The notes: a model not told the origin generated them from the letters alone. 64,000 nucleotides of DNA from Octopus sinensis (GCF_006345805.1 NC_042998.1:201810001-201874000), one strand, 5' to 3'; numbered from the stretch's first letter, positions 26,630-39,951 are shown. A program made the numbers and translations.

Positions 26630-27209
26630 TTCTATTCTACTCTAAGTACAACCCCCCTTAAATTTTGGACGAAGGGGCCAGTCGATTAGACTGATCCCAG
26701 TACGCAACTGATAATTAATTTATCGACCCCAAAAGAATGAAAGGGAAATTCGACATTGGCGAAGTTTGAACTCAGAACATTCAAGACAGACGAACTACCT
26801 ATTTCTATCTCTTTACTACCCAAAAGGGGCTAAACACAGAGAGAACAAACAAGGAAAGACAAACGGATTAAGTCGATTAGTGTGTAAGTGGTACTTATTT
26901 CATCGACCCCGAAAGGGTGAAAGGGAAAGTCGACGTTGGCGAAATTTTAATTCAGAACGTAAAGGCAGACGAAATACTTATTTCTTTATTACCCACAAGG
27001 GGCTAAACATAGAGGGGACAAACAAGGACAGACAAACGGATTAAGTCGATTAGATCGACCCCAGTGCGTAACTGGTACATAATTTATCGACCCCGAAAGG
27101 ATGAAAGGCAAAGTCGACCTCGGCGGAATTTGAACTCAGAACGTAACGGCAGACGAAATACGGCTACGCATTTCGCCCAGCATGTTAACGATTCTGCCAG
27201 CTCGCCGCC
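26630..27209 (-). mobile_element. Head-to-tail trimer of SINE family C
   Basis: Full unit 27209-26978, then headless units 26977-26799 and 26798-26630, both starting at GTA(T/G)TTCGTCTG. Confidence 0.88.
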
Positions 27210-27562
27210 TTCACAAGCACTCTATTGTTTTCATTTAATCTCTATTATTGTTCATAGTTTAGTGTCCTTTTGCCTGAAATTTTCCGTCACACATTCTGTG
27301 ACATCTGCAGCGACTCTCTATCGCACGTGTCTCCTCCTGTTCTGTTTAGTCCATGAAGAAGACAATGACTGAAGGAATAGTGGCCAAGAGTTTTTGGTGC
27401 ATCTGCTAATTTCAGAGAGGCTGGTACTTTCCAATTCGCTAACAGGATCGTATCTATATTTCAGATCTGGAATTCAGTAGTGCGGTACAGTACATAGATC
27501 TGAAGTCAGAGTTATAAAGAAATTGATAAGCTTCTGTTTGGTGAACTGTAATGTACTATATA

Positions 27563-27650
<88 letters not shown>

Positions 27651-27652
27651 GA

Positions 27653-27713
<61 letters not shown>

Positions 27714-28582
27714 GTGTGCGTATATGTGTGTAGATATTTAGGTAGATATCTAGATACGTAAGAAAGTAGGTGGGTAGGTATGTATGTAGGTAGGTAGGTA
27801 AGTAGGTAAGTATATATATTTATTTTCTCGCTTCTACGCACTCACGCGCATATATAGATCATAATCGTGCACAAAAAAGGTGGATATAAAAGCTTCATAT
27901 ATACCTGTGTGTGTCACATCTCTACAACTTAACAAGAGATTTATGAATCTTGAACAGGATGAAACTTCACTATAATTTCAATTTCTTTTTTGTTCGTATT
28001 TTAATTAAATTCTGGCAGAGGATATTGCAGTATATATCAATGCCATTTTCAGTTACTTAGCCGTCGTCTTTTATTTTCATTTATTTCACAACTTTGACAT
28101 TTCTATTTATTAAACTATCATCTTACTTCGTAAAGGATTTCTGTATTTTATATGTCTTTATATCACTTCACAAAGTCGTGATTCCTAAGAATTCACAGGT
28201 AAATTGTAACCACGTTGCAATGTGCAATAAATCTATGACCAACTCATCATTATATTTTTGAAACATTTAGTGTGTACTACTTTCAGTAAGTTGAACACAT
28301 ATGAAGCTATTTTTCAGGTTAGCGAACATCAAGGTACAGTAAGTTTTTGCGGGTTTTGACCTCTCTGGAAATGACTATAATTACGCTTCTGACTGCAGTA
28401 CATAAGGCGTCGGTTTCGTGTGAGCGTCGAAGAGAATGACAGTTAGTTAGTGGTTCTGTTCTTTTCTCTTTGTGTTAGACTTTGCCTTGGATTTCAAAGA
28501 TTTGTTGCAATTACGTAGCTTATTATTCCAGTACCTTGGCTAATTGTGCGATTTACCTAAGGATTTCTCGGAGAAGTCGTCT

Positions 28583-28640
28583 GTTTGTCTGTCCTTGTTT
28601 GTCCCCTCTGTGTTTAGTCCCTTGTGGGTACTAAAGAAAC
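28583..28640 (+). mobile_element. SINE family C 3' fragment
   Basis: TTTGTCTGTCCTTGTTTGTCCCCTCTGTGTTTAGTCCCTTGTGGGTACTAAAGAAA. Confidence 0.8.
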
Positions 28641-28685
28641 AGGCAGGCAAGATAGACATATGGATAGATAGACATGTATATATAT

Positions 28686-28771
<86 letters not shown>

Positions 28772-29203
28772 CTTGGTTTAAATAACCTGTCGCCAGCATA
28801 AATAAATGGCTAAGTCTAAATATTGATGACGAAGTCGTAAGCACAATACAGTATCTTGAGACATGTCTGTTCTTGTAACCTCCAATTGACCAGAAAATGT
28901 TTGTGTACGACAGCCTTCGTAATTGTTTTAATCGGTTCTCTATTTTATATCAAAGCGTATTATGTCGCTACTTTAAAAATGATCAGTATAAAACCGAGAG
29001 AAATAAATAAAAGTTTATATTAAACTTATGTTTGTTCTGATTTCCCCTACATTTGCTCTGTAGTTCACAGCTAATGATAATACTGTACAGTTACGTAACG
29101 CATGTAGACAAAGGCATATACACGAAAAATGCATATACACATATATACATAAACAAAGCATATACCTATACATATACATACATACATACATACATACATA
29201 TAT

Positions 29204-29523
<320 letters not shown>

Positions 29524-30674
29524 TAAACAGAGAAAGAGAGACACACATACTCACACACACAAATATATATTTGTGCACACACCTACGTAACTGGTACCCA
29601 GGCAAGGCATCGGTCTTGTGAGAATAGCTGGAACAAGTATAATGATCAGTTTAAAGATCTGTAGACAATTCTTCTTCGAAAGAAAGATGAAGAAATTATG
29701 TTGTGTCTCCATTCCTCACATTCAATCGGATATTTAATAATGTAAATGTTAGTATAAAATTCTCAAGACCAATTGAAGACACCATATATTTATTTCGTAT
29801 ATATTTTGAATTATTATAGTTGACCTTATACTTTGCGGATTAACACCTCTAGCAACCAAAGCTTTACTTTGTTAACCATAATATTCAGTTCGTCGATTCA
29901 GATGAAATCTAAAATTTGTGTCTGTCACAGCTGTACATAAAGAAACCGAATCAATATAGAATTCATGGTTAACGAAAATGAATATCTTGGTATGGATAAG
30001 CAGGTTTGAAAATAACTAAATTCAGTTACAGATAAATAAGAAATACATTGAAGACGAAACACAAATATACGCCTTGGCCATCATATGCGACTGGTCGGCG
30101 AAAACGAATACAGAAACATGTTCAGATTAAATGTATTCAACAGCTACTTCATGTTTACCGTATTACTTATTGCTACATTGAAGCATTTACACAATGCCAT
30201 TAATGAAGATCTAACAGATGAAAGCGCTTGCAGAGAATAAACCTTTTACTTTCCATGAATGCAAATTTCAATTATTGATGTTTTATCATGCAAATAATGT
30301 AAGCTGCATGCGTAATTCTCTTCGATTGGAGTAGCATTTATTGGCAGTCTGATGGATTTGGAATTGTAAAAGACTACTGATTAGCCAGTAGATTAGATAT
30401 CGACACGAGTTCAAGAACGAATTATCAAGAGTATAGGAGAATATTGAGACAGACTGGTTTTCAGAATATTACACTTCAGTTATAATCCGTTATACTGCAG
30501 GAGGAATCTTCATTCAATAAGTAGTCTAACTGAAACTTTTATAAAGAACGTTCTGCCCCCATCTTTTCTCATTGTCTTTCAATCATTTCTTGCTTGTAGC
30601 GGTTTTATATATATACATATATATATATACGCGAGAAAGAAGCAACAAGAATGGATAGGTTTTTAGTACGATAG

Positions 30675-30710
<36 letters not shown>

Positions 30711-30853
30711 TTGTTATATATATATGTCTTGTTATATTGTACTATATTAATGTATAATATCATTGCTATTGTGTAATGGTTTAATAAAGTATTGATTGGG
30801 TATTATCTGATGGTTGATGATTGATTTAGATATATTTCTCCATTTTCTCAGTT

Positions 30854-30885
<32 letters not shown>

Positions 30886-30956
30886 ATATATATAGCTATC
30901 TCTCTCTCTCTTTCTCTTTCCTTCTTTCTCTCTTTATCTATGATTTATCTATTTAC

Positions 30957-30988
<32 letters not shown>

Positions 30989-31100
30989 CTATATCTATAT
31001 ATATATATATATGAATATCTGTATATCTATTCAGATATGGATGTGTGTGTGAGTGTCTGTGTATCTTTGTGTTTGTATGTATATATGTAAGCATGTATGT

Positions 31101-31163
31101 ATACTCTTTTACTCTTTTACTTGTTTCAGTCATTTGACTACGGTCATGCTGGATCACCACCTT
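31101..31163 (-). mobile_element. SINE family B 3' tail fragment
   Basis: TACTCTTTACTCTTTTACTTGTTTCAGTCATTTGACTACGGTCATGCTGGATCACCACCTTTA. Confidence 0.8.
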
Positions 31164-31788
31164 TATAGAAAAATATGGAACGCTTAACGAATTTGCGTGT
31201 CATCCTATAAGTATTCTCATCGAAATAATCGTAAATTGATCGTAAATGTTAATTGTACGTAAAAATTAGTAAGGAGTTCATAGCCATAGTGATGAGAGAC
31301 GCAAACGTACACAGAATCTCACGCATATAATTTGCGTTGCGGTGTGGTAAGATGTCTCCGCCGCAGGCATAGCTTTCTTTGAAAGTTTGGGGTCGTTTGC
31401 TCAATCCTGGTGCGTGGCACGGGCTATTAGCTTCCTCTATAATAGCCATGAGCCGACCAAAGCGTGTGAGTGTGTGTGTGTGCACACGCACACGCACGTG
31501 TGTGTCTGTGTATTTATATTGTGTTTGTTTTCCACCACGAGATCGTAAAGCAACCACCGCTGCTGGTTGGTTTACGACTTCGTAACTTACCGGTTTGTCA
31601 AACGGGCTGATAGAAAATATACCGGTCTATAGAAATATAATAAAATTCGGTAGAATTCTTCAACTAAATATTTTAAGGCATCACTGCAATCCAATAACTG
31701 AAACGAAAGATAAAAGCTATATGTGTGTGTGTGTGCATAACTTTCATGTAACTATGTATGTATGTATGTATACAGGTATGTATTTTTT

Positions 31789-32023
31789 GGCGGCGAGCTG
31801 GCAGAATCGTTAGCACGCCGGGCGAAATGCTTAGCGGTATTTCGTCTGTCGTTACGTTCTGAGTTCAAATTCCGCCGAGGTCGACTTTGCCTTTCATCTT
31901 TTCGGGGTCGATAAATTAAGTACCAGTTACGCACTGGGGTCGATGTAATCGACTTAATACCTATGTCTGTCCTTGTTTGTCCCCTCTGTGTTTAGCCCCT
32001 TGTGGGTAATAAAGAAATAGGTA
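31789..32023 (+). mobile_element. Full-length tRNA-derived SINE family C
   Basis: GGCGGCGAGCTGGCAGAATCGTTAG (A box) ... GAGTTCAAATTCC (B box) ... GGGTAATAAAGAAATAGGTA. Confidence 0.92.
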
Positions 32024-33038
32024 TGTATGTATGTCATTATTCAGTTTTATTTCAAGATGTCTTGCCAGTAGAAAAGTGTCAGGTTCTAACCTAGATCCAA
32101 AGCACTTTCATTAGATTTTCAGCATCAACAACAGGGTAATTTTTATGTATATATGTCCGTAAACACTTGGAGAGGCGCTCGTCGTTGCCCTGATGTCCAA
32201 TGTGTAAAACCACGTTTTCCTTAGGTTTTATATTTATTTATTTATTTGCAATTCTAATATTTAATTTGTATGCAACGCAGAGAAAGGGATCAATTCTCAG
32301 AAATGCATATTTTAATCAACAACAATACAGTACAAAGCATTCATTTCTGCATTTGCGTTTTGATGGAAAGAAATCACGATACTAGAAACGGTCACTTGAA
32401 CACGAAATGCTGGTGAAACGTTGGTATTGCGTGGAATATTGCTCCTTTTCCCAAGTATTGATAATGGTGACTTCTATAATGCCGAAAATATAATTTCGCA
32501 GGAAAATAAATACATAAATAGTACATACATAGATTATACATACATATGCATATTATGTGTGTATGTATGTATGTACGTAGGTACATAGGAACATGAATGT
32601 GTTGCAGCTCTGAGAGGAAACATTAAAAATATCTACAAGAGAATTAAGCATTATATCAACGTTCCTTCATATCACACGAATACATCTACACAATAACACT
32701 TCCGTTTCTGCTGACAGAAAAATAGTTTTAATGGCACAATTTTTTCTCATATTAATTCATTGTTATGCCTAAAGTGACCATCGATGCAGATTGTGTTTGC
32801 TTGTGCATACTTCAGAAATGCAAGTGAATCTACAAGCAAAATTCGCTATTGTTCTATTAGGACTTCTCACAATTTTCCTTCGCCTACATACACGCATACA
32901 TTACATGCATACCTCACATACATATGTACGTATTATGTATGTAAGCATGTATGTATGTATGTATAATGTGACCGCATGTGTATCGTTGGCGATTTTTTTC
33001 CCTCCGTCTTCCCTTCTTTGGATCTTTTCTTTTCCTAT

Positions 33039-33073
33039 GTTTCTGACGAAGAGCTCCGCTCGAAACGTTAAAT
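33039..33073 (+). ncRNA. Minimal type I hammerhead-like motif in a Penelope-like terminal fragment
   Basis: GTTT-CTGACGA-A-GAGC(TCC)GCTC-GAAA-CGT-T-AAAT: core, 4-bp helix II, ACGT palindrome, weak helix I. Confidence 0.6.
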
Positions 33074-33172
33074 CCTCTTTCTTTCTTTACTCTCCTGAGC
33101 GTCCAATAACACTATACTTGTCCCACGTCCTCGCGTTGTGATTTCACTTTGGGTTTTCATGTTTGGATTAAC

Positions 33173-33211
<39 letters not shown>

Positions 33212-33274
33212 ATAATATCGTTAATTTTAATAATTATATATATATTTATATAAGGATAAGGTCGTTAATTTTAA

Positions 33275-33315
<41 letters not shown>

Positions 33316-33778
33316 GTATGTGTCAGAAGGACCGATGAACCTAGCCTAGGTTCAAGGACTGGCTAGCAGTACCACGGGGTCCTCAACTATTGTTAATGCA
33401 GGTCTTCGATATATAACCGGATATGTTGGGAATGGGATTAGTTATCTGGAGGGGCCTTTTGTTTTCGCTTGATATCATGGCACCCACAATTTCCTAAGCC
33501 TGCGACAGTCATACTCGCTTACCGGTTGACCGCCATCTGTGTGTGTGTGTGTGTGTGCCGCACGTGCGTGTGTGCACTGACTAAAGTGTCCGTCATCATC
33601 GAATACAAGGAATAGTAACGTCCCCTTCTTTTGCGGGTGTACATATATACATTTTTATGCATATGCATATATGCGAATATGTACATAAAAATAAACATGC
33701 GCGTGTGGTGTATATGTATAAAGTGAAAGAGAAAGACACACACATATATATATATATGTGTGTGTGTGTGTATGTATG

Positions 33779-33810
<32 letters not shown>

Positions 33811-35041
33811 ATATATATTCATGTACGTATGTATACACGCATGCATTTATATCAAAGAGTGTGTCTGTGCGTGCGTATATATGCATGTGTGTGTATAGGC
33901 CATAGAAGCTGTGTACTACTAGTGACACGATAAAATTATATGAGTTATTTTATTCGTTAGTAGGAATATTGCTGTAGTTCAGACGTGTCCGTTTGACAAT
34001 AGTAAAACTGTCCATAAATTTTATACAAAACGTGATTAGTATTCCTTCCGTTGTAGCTTTGGCAAACATATTAGTCATTAGAAAACAGAATCAAAGCTAG
34101 TTGTCGATTAGTACATGTTCGTTCCGCGTTGTTGACTATTTATTGAATAACACTTTAGTATCTTGTTTGATACATAACATATTTTATACAATGCAGACTA
34201 ACTTAATTTAGATTTGTATTCATGTAAATACCTTTTCTTTTGCTAACAAAACTATTTGTATATCCTATTGCTTCTAAGTTTATTTATTCGCTTGGAACAT
34301 CAAATCATGATATGAATCTAATTTCAGATGTTTAGTCGGCTATTTTCATTCTTTATTAAAACACCAAAGTCAGACAAGTTATTTTCTATAGAAAGAAAAA
34401 AAAAAGAATGAATGAAAAGAAAGCGATAGTTTCGGCAGCTACATTTTCAAATAACAAGTTAGCTTTAGTTAACGCCTGTTTCGGTGTTGAAACTTTAATT
34501 GCAAACGTTTGTGTTGCTAACAAAGGGCAAAAAGTATTTGATCAAAGAAATTCTGAGGTTACTTGTTAGAAGCTACAATGTTAAATAGAAAGTATCTTCA
34601 TTCATCTCTTGCCAGGACATGCCACTTGGTTGGGAGCCAGAAGTAAGGGTTCCTTTAAATTATCTCAGAAAGAATAAATAAAAAAAACCAGTACTACTAC
34701 GATTATCAGTACCACCACCACTACGACTGTAACTGCTAGTAGAAGTAGTATCTTTCGTTAATTTGCCGCAAGGTTGATATATGAGAGAATATTACAAGGA
34801 CAATTACAAAGACGGTGAATTGTTACACGAAAGTGGACTATAAAAAACTGAAATCAATAGAAACGTCCCAATACAGGAACAAATAAATTATGTCAATTAC
34901 TGTCCAATGTGCAACCTGATATATTTTTAACTATTATGAGCATGCAGCCTCTTTCCCAGCACTACATTGACGGTACATATTAAGATACTTTATTAATAAA
35001 CTCATCAAAATAAACCAGAAAACTACATCATCAAAAATGGA

Positions 35042-35100
<59 letters not shown>

Positions 35101-35101
<1 letters not shown>

Positions 35102-35311
35102 CTTTTCTACTGTAGGCAAAATGTCTGAAATTTTGGTAGAGTGACTGGTCGATCACGTCCATCTCAGTAACTGATGGTGGTTAATTTATCGACTCTGAAT
35201 TGATAAAAAGGCAAAGTCGACCTCGGTGGAATTTGAACACAGAATGAAGTGGCATATGAAATAATGCTAAATGTTTCGTCCGTCGTGCTAACAATTTTAC
35301 CAGCTCGCCGC
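35101..35311 (-). mobile_element. SINE family C with alternative 3' tail (C2)
   Basis: Family C head and centre (GGCAAAGTCGACCTCGGTGGAATTTGAAC) joined to TTTTCTACTGTAGGC..GAAATTTTGG instead of the C1 tail. Confidence 0.75.
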
Positions 35312-35714
35312 TTTAATAATAACAGGGCTAATTTCTACCTATCCATGAAATCCAAAAATTGAATAAATTCAAAATATAGTTCTCACGGTACCTAATCATA
35401 TCCTATGACATATATTTTCTATGTAATCCCCAAAACATTTAAATCCGTAATCTGCTAAAATGCTTTTAAATGTGCAAAATAGCATGCATCTGTTACTTTC
35501 ATCTTAAGAACCCACCATCATCTTAAAGTATAATGACTTTTCGAACAAACTTTTGATTTTGACAGACATTTTCTTGAAGATTGTACAAGATTGTACATTG
35601 TACAAAACCCAAAATATGGTACCCTAGTCATAACAGCAAATTCAACTCCTAACTCGGTGTCTCTTGAGGTCTCTGGGTGAGACTTGGAGTTAACTCGTAC
35701 AAATACAAAGCAAA

Positions 35715-35945
35715 AGTCAAACATCTCGCTCCTCCAGAACTTCACCGTTCAAATTGACAGAAAGATAGATGCGAATAGGCCAGACATTATATTGAATGAC
35801 TTCAGACAAAAACATGTGTCTTCATTGATATGACTGTCCCAATCGTCATAAATGTATTTGTAAAGACCTACCAAAAACTGAGCATGTATAAATATCTTGA
35901 AATAGAAATTGGCAAAATGTTGAACCTGAATACTAAAACAATACC
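35715..35945 (+). mobile_element. R4/Dong-type LINE fragment (restriction-like endonuclease)
   Basis: DRKIDANRPDIILND..FIDMTVP..KYLEIEIGKMLNLNTKTIP. Confidence 0.75.
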
Positions 35946-37265
35946 ACCTCTTCCCGATCCTTCAAGGACAGCTTCCGTTCAGCCCACTCCTGGGTAACAA
36001 TGGTCACCCTATTCGCTACCTTGACTCAGTTTTTGTCAACCTGGAGGTCGGGACCAAGCCAGGCCCCGATGAGTTAAACTGGTCCGTTAGTCCAGCATCC
36101 GACGATGCCATACGATGGCATCTTCCTGTCTCTGTAGGTGCCCAACCGCGATTCCACCAATTTGAGAGCGTTGATTTTAGCCACTGCAACCGACTCATAT
36201 TCCTTTAGGATGGTGCCGACTGTTACCACTTCGGAGGCCTCCGACACCATGACGATGATTTTGTCCCCGTATACCGACACTGACCCTCCTTGTCCCAGTT
36301 CGAAAGGGATGCCCCTGATTTGTTGTAACTTCCACTGCATTGGCACGAGTACCAATACGTACAAAAGTGGCGACAGTTGGAAGCCTTAACGGAATGAATG
36401 AGCGAGGCCAAACGTGTCCGATAGGCGGCTGTTTACATTGCCCATTGAACAGGTGAGGTTGCGCATTATAGAAATCCTACCTTTGAAAAGGTGTTCGAAA
36501 CCCCATGTTTTCTGGACGGTTGCCAAGTGGCGATGGTCAATCAAATCGAATGCTTTTGATTAATACGAATTGATCAGGGAACCTCCTAAGACACCTTTTA
36601 TTCCATCCTTCTCTATGATGTATCGCATACAGTGGAGTTTGTCGTGGATAGACCTGCTCGGGATTGTGAAGATTGGTGATTCTCCGAACAGGCTACCGAT
36701 GACAAGCATCAGATTTTTCATTAACGCCTTGGCCAAAATCTTGAAATCTGTGTTTAGCAGAGTTATGGACCGAAAACCCGTCCCTATTGTCGGCGTACCT
36801 CCTCAGCAGTGTCATTACACCTCTGCTAACATCACTAGGAATTCTCCCGTTCTGTTACCACTTGCGATACACGTCTTTCAACAGGGCACCATATTCCAAG
36901 GATAATATTATCAGCCTGTTCACTGATGTCTTGGCCAAAATCTTGAAATCTGCGTTTAGCAGAGTTCTTGGTCCAAACTTTTTTATGTGGTTTCTTGTTT
37001 CAGGCTCTTTCTCAGTAGTTCCACATCTCTTTGGCGCACAGAATTAGAGAATCTTCTGATATTCTGCAATTTGCGGTTGACATCTAAGAGGCCAAACAAG
37101 TCGAACATGAGTGGAGATTTTGTTGCCGATTTGCATACTGCAATGCAAGCTTTTTTTCTATGTCGGTGGCTGTTAGAAGTATTTCGAGAAACTATTCCTT
37201 CGTTCATGAGGGAAATCGCAGGATGGCGATGTAGGTATTGAAGTCCATTCAACTCTATATTCCCC
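35946..37265 (-). mobile_element. Degraded L1/Tx1-clade LINE RT region
   Basis: Minus strand: FRSITLLNTDFKILAK, SKAFDLIDH, LSPLLYVLVL, SVYGD (for YADD), AKIN, GPV..LGAW.GPDL. ORF 36074..36364 is part of this. Confidence 0.85.
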
Positions 37266-37271
37266 AAAAGT

Positions 37272-37594
37272 GAGGGCGCGTGGCTTAGTGTTTAGGGCAT
37301 TCGGCTCATGATCGTAAGGTTGTGAGTTCGATTCCCGGCGACGCGTTGTGTCCTTGAGCAAGACACTTTATTTCACGTTGCTCCAGTCCACTCAGCTGGC
37401 AAAAATGAGTTGTACTTGTATTTCAAAGGGTCAGCCTTGTCACTCTCTGTGTCACGCTGAATATCCCCGAGAACTACGTTAAGGGTACACGTGTCTGTGG
37501 AATGCTCACCCATTTGCACGTTAATTTCACGAGCAAGCTGTTCCGTTGATCGTATCAGCTGGGACCCTCGTCGTCGTAACCGGCGGAGTCTTTT
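37272..37594 (+). mobile_element. tRNA-derived CORE-like SINE (family A2)
   Basis: A box TGGCTTAGTGT, B box GAGTTCGATTCC, GTGTCCTTGAGCAAGACACTT. The 3' ~200 bp match family A1. Degenerate TSD ATATTCCC.AAA..AGTGA. Confidence 0.88.
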
Positions 37595-37609
37595 AAAAAA
37601 AAAATATTC

Positions 37610-37850
37610 CCGAAACAAGTGAATCATTGGAGCAAGCTACAGCTAAAATGTTGTGCACATCTGGTTGCATTCGCGTTACGCAGGCCCCTCGCCAGGCATT
37701 GAAACATTTCTTGCACACATCCGATTGCATCAGATTGCATTCGCGTAGCAAATGACCCTTGCTATTGAAAAATAGCGTTTGAGTCAATATTCTGCTCTCA
37801 AAATTCAAGCAACGCCAGTGTGAAGCGCTTTTCTTAGTTTCTAAAAAGGT
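37610..37850 (-). mobile_element. Possible Tx1 ORF1 zinc-knuckle remnant
   Basis: ORF 37593..37808 has KGHLLREC..DVCKKC and lies upstream of the Tx1 RT remnant on the same strand. Confidence 0.35.
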
Positions 37851-38280
37851 AACCCTCTCATTGGAATTTTGTCTCTTTCATACTCCTTAATTAAACGTTA
37901 TCTATTTTGTATATCTATATATGTACGCATATACACACACACACACACATACACACATACACACACACACACACACACACGTTTCATATACCCACCTGCT
38001 ACCTCGCATGGGAGTCCAAAGTGAGGGCATATCTAGAGCAAATATTTACCTAGCCTATCATGGGTTAAAGTATACATATTCGAGGTAATGTAAAGCAACT
38101 TCTCTTTTGCGATTATATAGCAGATGGAAGGGTCATCACCTTTTCTAAGAATGCTGAATTGTTACTTCCTCAAAAGCTGAATTAGATCTTAAGCTGCTAT
38201 AATGAAAACCTGGTTCTGACTTACATCCAGATGTGGACTGTTACTTGTGGTTTCATCTAGCTATGGACATCAGAATAACC

Positions 38281-38309
38281 CTCATCGTCGTCGTCGTCGT
38301 CGTCATCGT

Positions 38310-38346
<37 letters not shown>

Positions 38347-38407
38347 GTCATCATCGTCATCATCGTCATAATCGTCGTCGTCGCCGTCGTCGTCGTCATC
38401 GTCGTCG

Positions 38408-38439
<32 letters not shown>

Positions 38440-38463
38440 ATCGTCGTCATCATCATCATCATG

Positions 38464-38505
<42 letters not shown>

Positions 38506-38619
38506 GCCATCATCGTCATCATCGTCATCATCGTCGTCGTCGCCGTCGTCGTCGTCATCGTCGTCGTCGTCGTCATCATCATCGTCGTCATCATCATCGT
38601 CGTCATCATCATCATCATT

Positions 38620-38650
<31 letters not shown>

Positions 38651-38690
38651 GCATCATCTTAACGATTGCTATCACTATTATTATCATTTC
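38281..38690. repeat. Compound (ATC)n/(GTC)n array
   Basis: Direct reading; three ORFs in the track are read-throughs of it. Confidence 0.95.
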
Positions 38691-38985
38691 TCTGTATCAT
38701 GCTTTGTTGGTGCTCATGGAGTCTTACATGCGTAGCCGGCTCGTAACTTGCCTATGATATATTCATATCCGTTCTTTTCAGCTATCTAATACTTTCTTGA
38801 GTAATTTGGCTGTACCAAGGAGCAAACATTTTGTAACAGTTCTAATGGGCACCCTGCTCCAATTTCGTTTATATTCCTCTCGGTACCTTTTGATACTCTG
38901 CCGAAGTACCTAACAATAACTGGCTCTATCTTCATCTCCTTCGTTTTCCATAGCCGTATTTTGTTTTAAATCCAGCAGGGATAGA
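38690..38985 (-). mobile_element. R4/Dong-type LINE 3' end
   Basis: RLWKTKEMKIEPVIV..ELLQ-CLLLGTAKLLKKVLDS*, then a short 3' UTR running into the trinucleotide array. Confidence 0.7.
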
Positions 38986-39080
38986 AAATCCACCAATCTT
39001 AGTGGGGATGTGGGCTTAGTCACCGACTAGTATTACTATTATTATTATCATTATTATCATTATCATTATTATTATTATTA

Positions 39081-39592
39081 ATTTTTTTTCTTCTTTCAAA
39101 TTTGCTTCCATTTCTTGCCGAGCGTCTTCCCGACTCCTAGGGCGAAGAAACTCATAGTATACATTGTTAGGCCATTAAACCAAACTCGATAGTTCGTTCA
39201 TTTTTTTAAAGGTTAAATTAAAATACATGGGCATAACAGCTCTCACAGCGACAATGCTCTTCTCAATACGTGTGATGTACCAGTTAAGACAAACTTTTGC
39301 ACTCCTTGCAGGGATGGTAAACCAGGGATCATTCTCATATAATTTTCCGTTCCCTTCTTGATCATTCCTAGTGCTCCTACGATCACTGGTATTGTAACTG
39401 CCTTGAGATGCCACATATTCTCAATTTCAATGAGCAGGTCTTTATATTTTCTGAGCTTGTCAAACTCTTTCGCCGAGATATTATGATCACAGGGGATGCT
39501 CATGTCGATCAATAAGCAAACTTTATTGTTTTTGTCTTTCACAACAATATCTGGTTTATTGGCTTTGATGGTTCGGTCTGTATGTACTGTAC
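39081..39592 (-). mobile_element. 5'-truncated R4/Dong-type LINE flanked by (TAA)n
   Basis: VHTDRTIKANKPDIVV plus ORF 39243..39542 (LIDMSIP.D.NI..KEFDKL.KYKDL..PVIVGALG..VQKFVLTGTSHVLRR). Confidence 0.92.
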
Positions 39593-39623
39593 GTGTGTAT
39601 TATTATTGTTGTTATTATTATTA

Positions 39624-39692
<69 letters not shown>

Positions 39693-39699
39693 GATTATA

Positions 39700-39738
<39 letters not shown>

Positions 39739-39749
39739 GCAGTTCTACA

Positions 39750-39951
39750 TTTAAGAGATAGGGAATTATGTACCTCATTTATATTATTTGCATTTGACAG
39801 ATACTTGTCTTCATCTTGTTTCTTGTAAACACAACGTTTCGACTGATATACCCCCCGGCCTTCATCAGATCAAGTCACTGCTTGGAATCGAACTCGGAAT
39901 CTTGGGGTTCGTAGACACGTGAGGAATGCTGGAGGGTATATCAGCCGAAAC
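39750..39951 (-). mobile_element. Penelope-like terminal repeat with hammerhead-like core and tRNA-like B box
   Basis: Minus strand GAGTTCGATTCC..CTGATGA-A-GGCCG..CAGTC-GAAA-CGTT-GTGT (39868-39829); inverted partial copy at 39928-39951. Confidence 0.55.

Noticed and set aside
36570-37241. Plus-strand ORFs of 111, 86 and 84 aa
   Set aside because: Antisense shadows of the Tx1 RT.
38247-38735. His/Arg-rich 162-aa ORF
   Set aside because: Frame of the (ATC/GTC) array; no evidence of a gene.
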